Positions 62,349 through 64,000 of a stretch of 64,000 nucleotides of DNA are shown in pieces. The DNA comes from Candidatus Latescibacterota bacterium (GTDB taxonomy: Bacteria; Latescibacterota; UBA2968; SICM01). Numbering within the stretch: the stretch's first letter is position 1; each line of letters opens with the position of its first letter. The stretch lies in assembly GCA_965217865.1 (NCBI GenBank), contig CBDCJO010000001.1:544001-608000 (forward strand). The letters run 5' to 3'. A program made the position numbers and the translations under genes. The notes beneath the pieces are model-generated. The model did not search any database. It saw only the letters and a program-made list of their open reading frames with translations, and was not told the origin of the DNA.

Positions 62349-62650
62349 ACTAGTGCAATTTTTCCCCTTGTATGAAAAAGGTTGTCCCGGTCGCCTTTTC
62401 GATTCCCGAGTCACGATCCACGGATTTTTGAGGCCGCGGGCCCTCCCAAAACGGGTCGATTCCGGACTGAGTCGAAGGTCATCGTTTCGCCCAAAAGCAA
62501 TGGTTCAGAACCTGATAATGACCTTTGACAATCCAATGTGTCAAGAATACACGCCTTCAAAAATTAAACATTGCATAAGTTGAGTATTAATATTACATTG
62601 AAATCTCCACAAGATTCGACCTTAAACTTAAATACCTATTATTAAAGGAG

Positions 62651-63385
62651 TTGTCGATGTCCAACGACCTGATTGGCCTAAAAAAACGAATCCACGCAGG
62701 CGAGAAGATCTACGGCGTGGGCATGCCCGCGAACATCAAACGGGACCGGTTCGATGCCATCCTGGATAAGGGTCCCTACGACTTTGTCAACGTCGACAGC
62801 CAGCATTCGCCTTTCAACGAGGAACGACTGGTCGAGTTCTGTGCTATGGCGGAAGAGCGCGACGTCTTCGTCCAGTTTCGGATCAAACATACCCGGCACG
62901 CGTACCTGATCGGCAACAACCTGGACCTGGGACCTTGCGGAATCGAAGTCCCCCAGACCGAGCTCGAATCGACCGCCGAGGAGGCGGTCCAGGCCTTCTA
63001 TTATCCGCCCGAAGGCGGTAGAAGCCTCGGGGGAGCGGCGCGTCGGGGAGCGAAAGAACGTCAAGACTGGTTCGAGTATATCGAGTGGTGGAACCGGTTT
63101 GGCGTGCTCTGGTTGCAAATCGAATCGATCGAATCCGCGACCCACGTGCGACAGCTCGCGAAGCAGGGAGTGGACTGCTTCTCATTCGGACCGGCCGACC
63201 TGTCCATAAACATGAGATCCCATCCCCAGCATCCATTTAAGAGCCTGGACGACTGCGTCAGTTACGTGGTCAGGGCCCTGGAGGGAACGACCGTGGCCGT
63301 CTGCTTCAGAAACTATAACCCGGACCTACGCGAGAAGTACGCCGACATGGGCGTAAGGGTTTTTCTTGAACTTCCTCAAGTCTGA
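62651..63385 (+). CDS. HpcH/HpaI aldolase family protein
   Basis: YDFVNVDSQHSP, LDLGPCGIEVP, YYPPEGGRS, LQIES, FGPADLS. Confidence 0.88.
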   Translation: MSMSNDLIGLKKRIHAGEKIYGVGMPANIKRDRFDAILDKGPYDFVNVDSQHSPFNEERLVEFCAMAEERDVFVQFRIKHTRHAYLIGNNLDLGPCGIEVPQTELESTAEEAVQAFYYPPEGGRSLGGAARRGAKERQDWFEYIEWWNRFGVLWLQIESIESATHVRQLAKQGVDCFSFGPADLSINMRSHPQHPFKSLDDCVSYVVRALEGTTVAVCFRNYNPDLREKYADMGVRVFLELPQV

Positions 63386-63414
63386 AAGGAAAGGATGGGG
63401 TGTGTAAGAGTTGC

Positions 63415-64000
63415 GACCCAGGGCGATGCCCTGGGTTAAGGGACAACGCTCCGTTGCGCTGAAAGAAGGCCATGACTTTAGTCTCGGCTTTTCGATATGG
63501 AGATCTTCCTGGTTTTTTTGTGAAACCGAAGTTCTGTGAGACGATGCATCAGCGGGCCAACGGTCCGCGATCCGGATCAATACCACACATACCGTAGATG
63601 AATCAGGATGGTGGACAGGGATTGGGGGATGTGAAATTATCGCGGCCCTTCAGGCCGCATGACGCTATTTCTTCGCAGGACCCAGGGCGATGCCCTGGGT
63701 TGAGGAATAACGCGCTGTTGGCGCTGAAAGAAGGCCCTGACATTAATCTCAGCTTTTCGATATGGAGATTTTCCTGGTTTTTTTGTGAAACCGAAGTTCT
63801 GTGAGACGACGCATCAGCGGGCCAACGGTCCGCGATCCGGATCAATACCACACATACCGTTCATCGTAGGCCACTCGATACTGTCCCAAGAATGAATCAG
63901 GATGCGGGACAGGGATTAGGCGATGTGAAATTATCGCGGCCCTTCAGGCCGCATGACGCTATTTCTTCGCAGGACCCAGGGCGATGCCCTGGGTTGAGGA
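63415..64000. repeat. Tandem 264/294-bp repeat with REP-like hairpins (continues past the window end)
   Basis: Units start at 63415, 63679 and 63973, each with ACCCAGGGC-GAT-GCCCTGGGT; further hairpins such as GCGGCC-CTTCA-GGCCGC. Confidence 0.9.

Overview
Bacterial chromosome window, about 57% GC by eye, from a flagellated diderm, with two very different halves. Bases 1-29.3 kb are intact housekeeping-type DNA: flagellin 5' end with a sigma-28 promoter, MFS transporter, aquaporin, purB, a short RNase HIII, a CRTAC1-like protein with a pentaheme/TPR partner, an SGNH esterase-PhoD fusion with a YbbA/YbbP-like ABC pair and GDPD, MoaD/ThiS, two B12 radical SAM enzymes, rpsU, ilvB, recD2 and a BamA/TamA-family protein. 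One IS200 sits exactly between an RBS and its start codon. Bases 29.3-62.4 kb are a dense mosaic of more than 30 short pieces of transposases, defence genes, phage/ICE genes and two unrelated CRISPR arrays, mostly butted together without IS ends, plus a few intact recent IS (IS630, two IS3 copies, IS1380). The best preserved functional unit in the mosaic is a ubiquitin-like conjugation operon (Ubl pseudogene, Ubl, E2-like/E1 ThiF, DUF6527, then a PD-(D/E)XK nuclease) divergent from an XRE + ImmA/IrrE regulator pair. A frameshifted JAB peptidase gene and a second CRISPR mini-array are lodged inside a repeat of the first array. No cas, integrase or reverse transcriptase gene was seen. The window ends with an HpcH aldolase and REP-like tandem repeats carrying a Y1-transposase C-terminal remnant. 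All family calls are by-eye motif recognition; no searches were run, and fragment boundaries are approximate.
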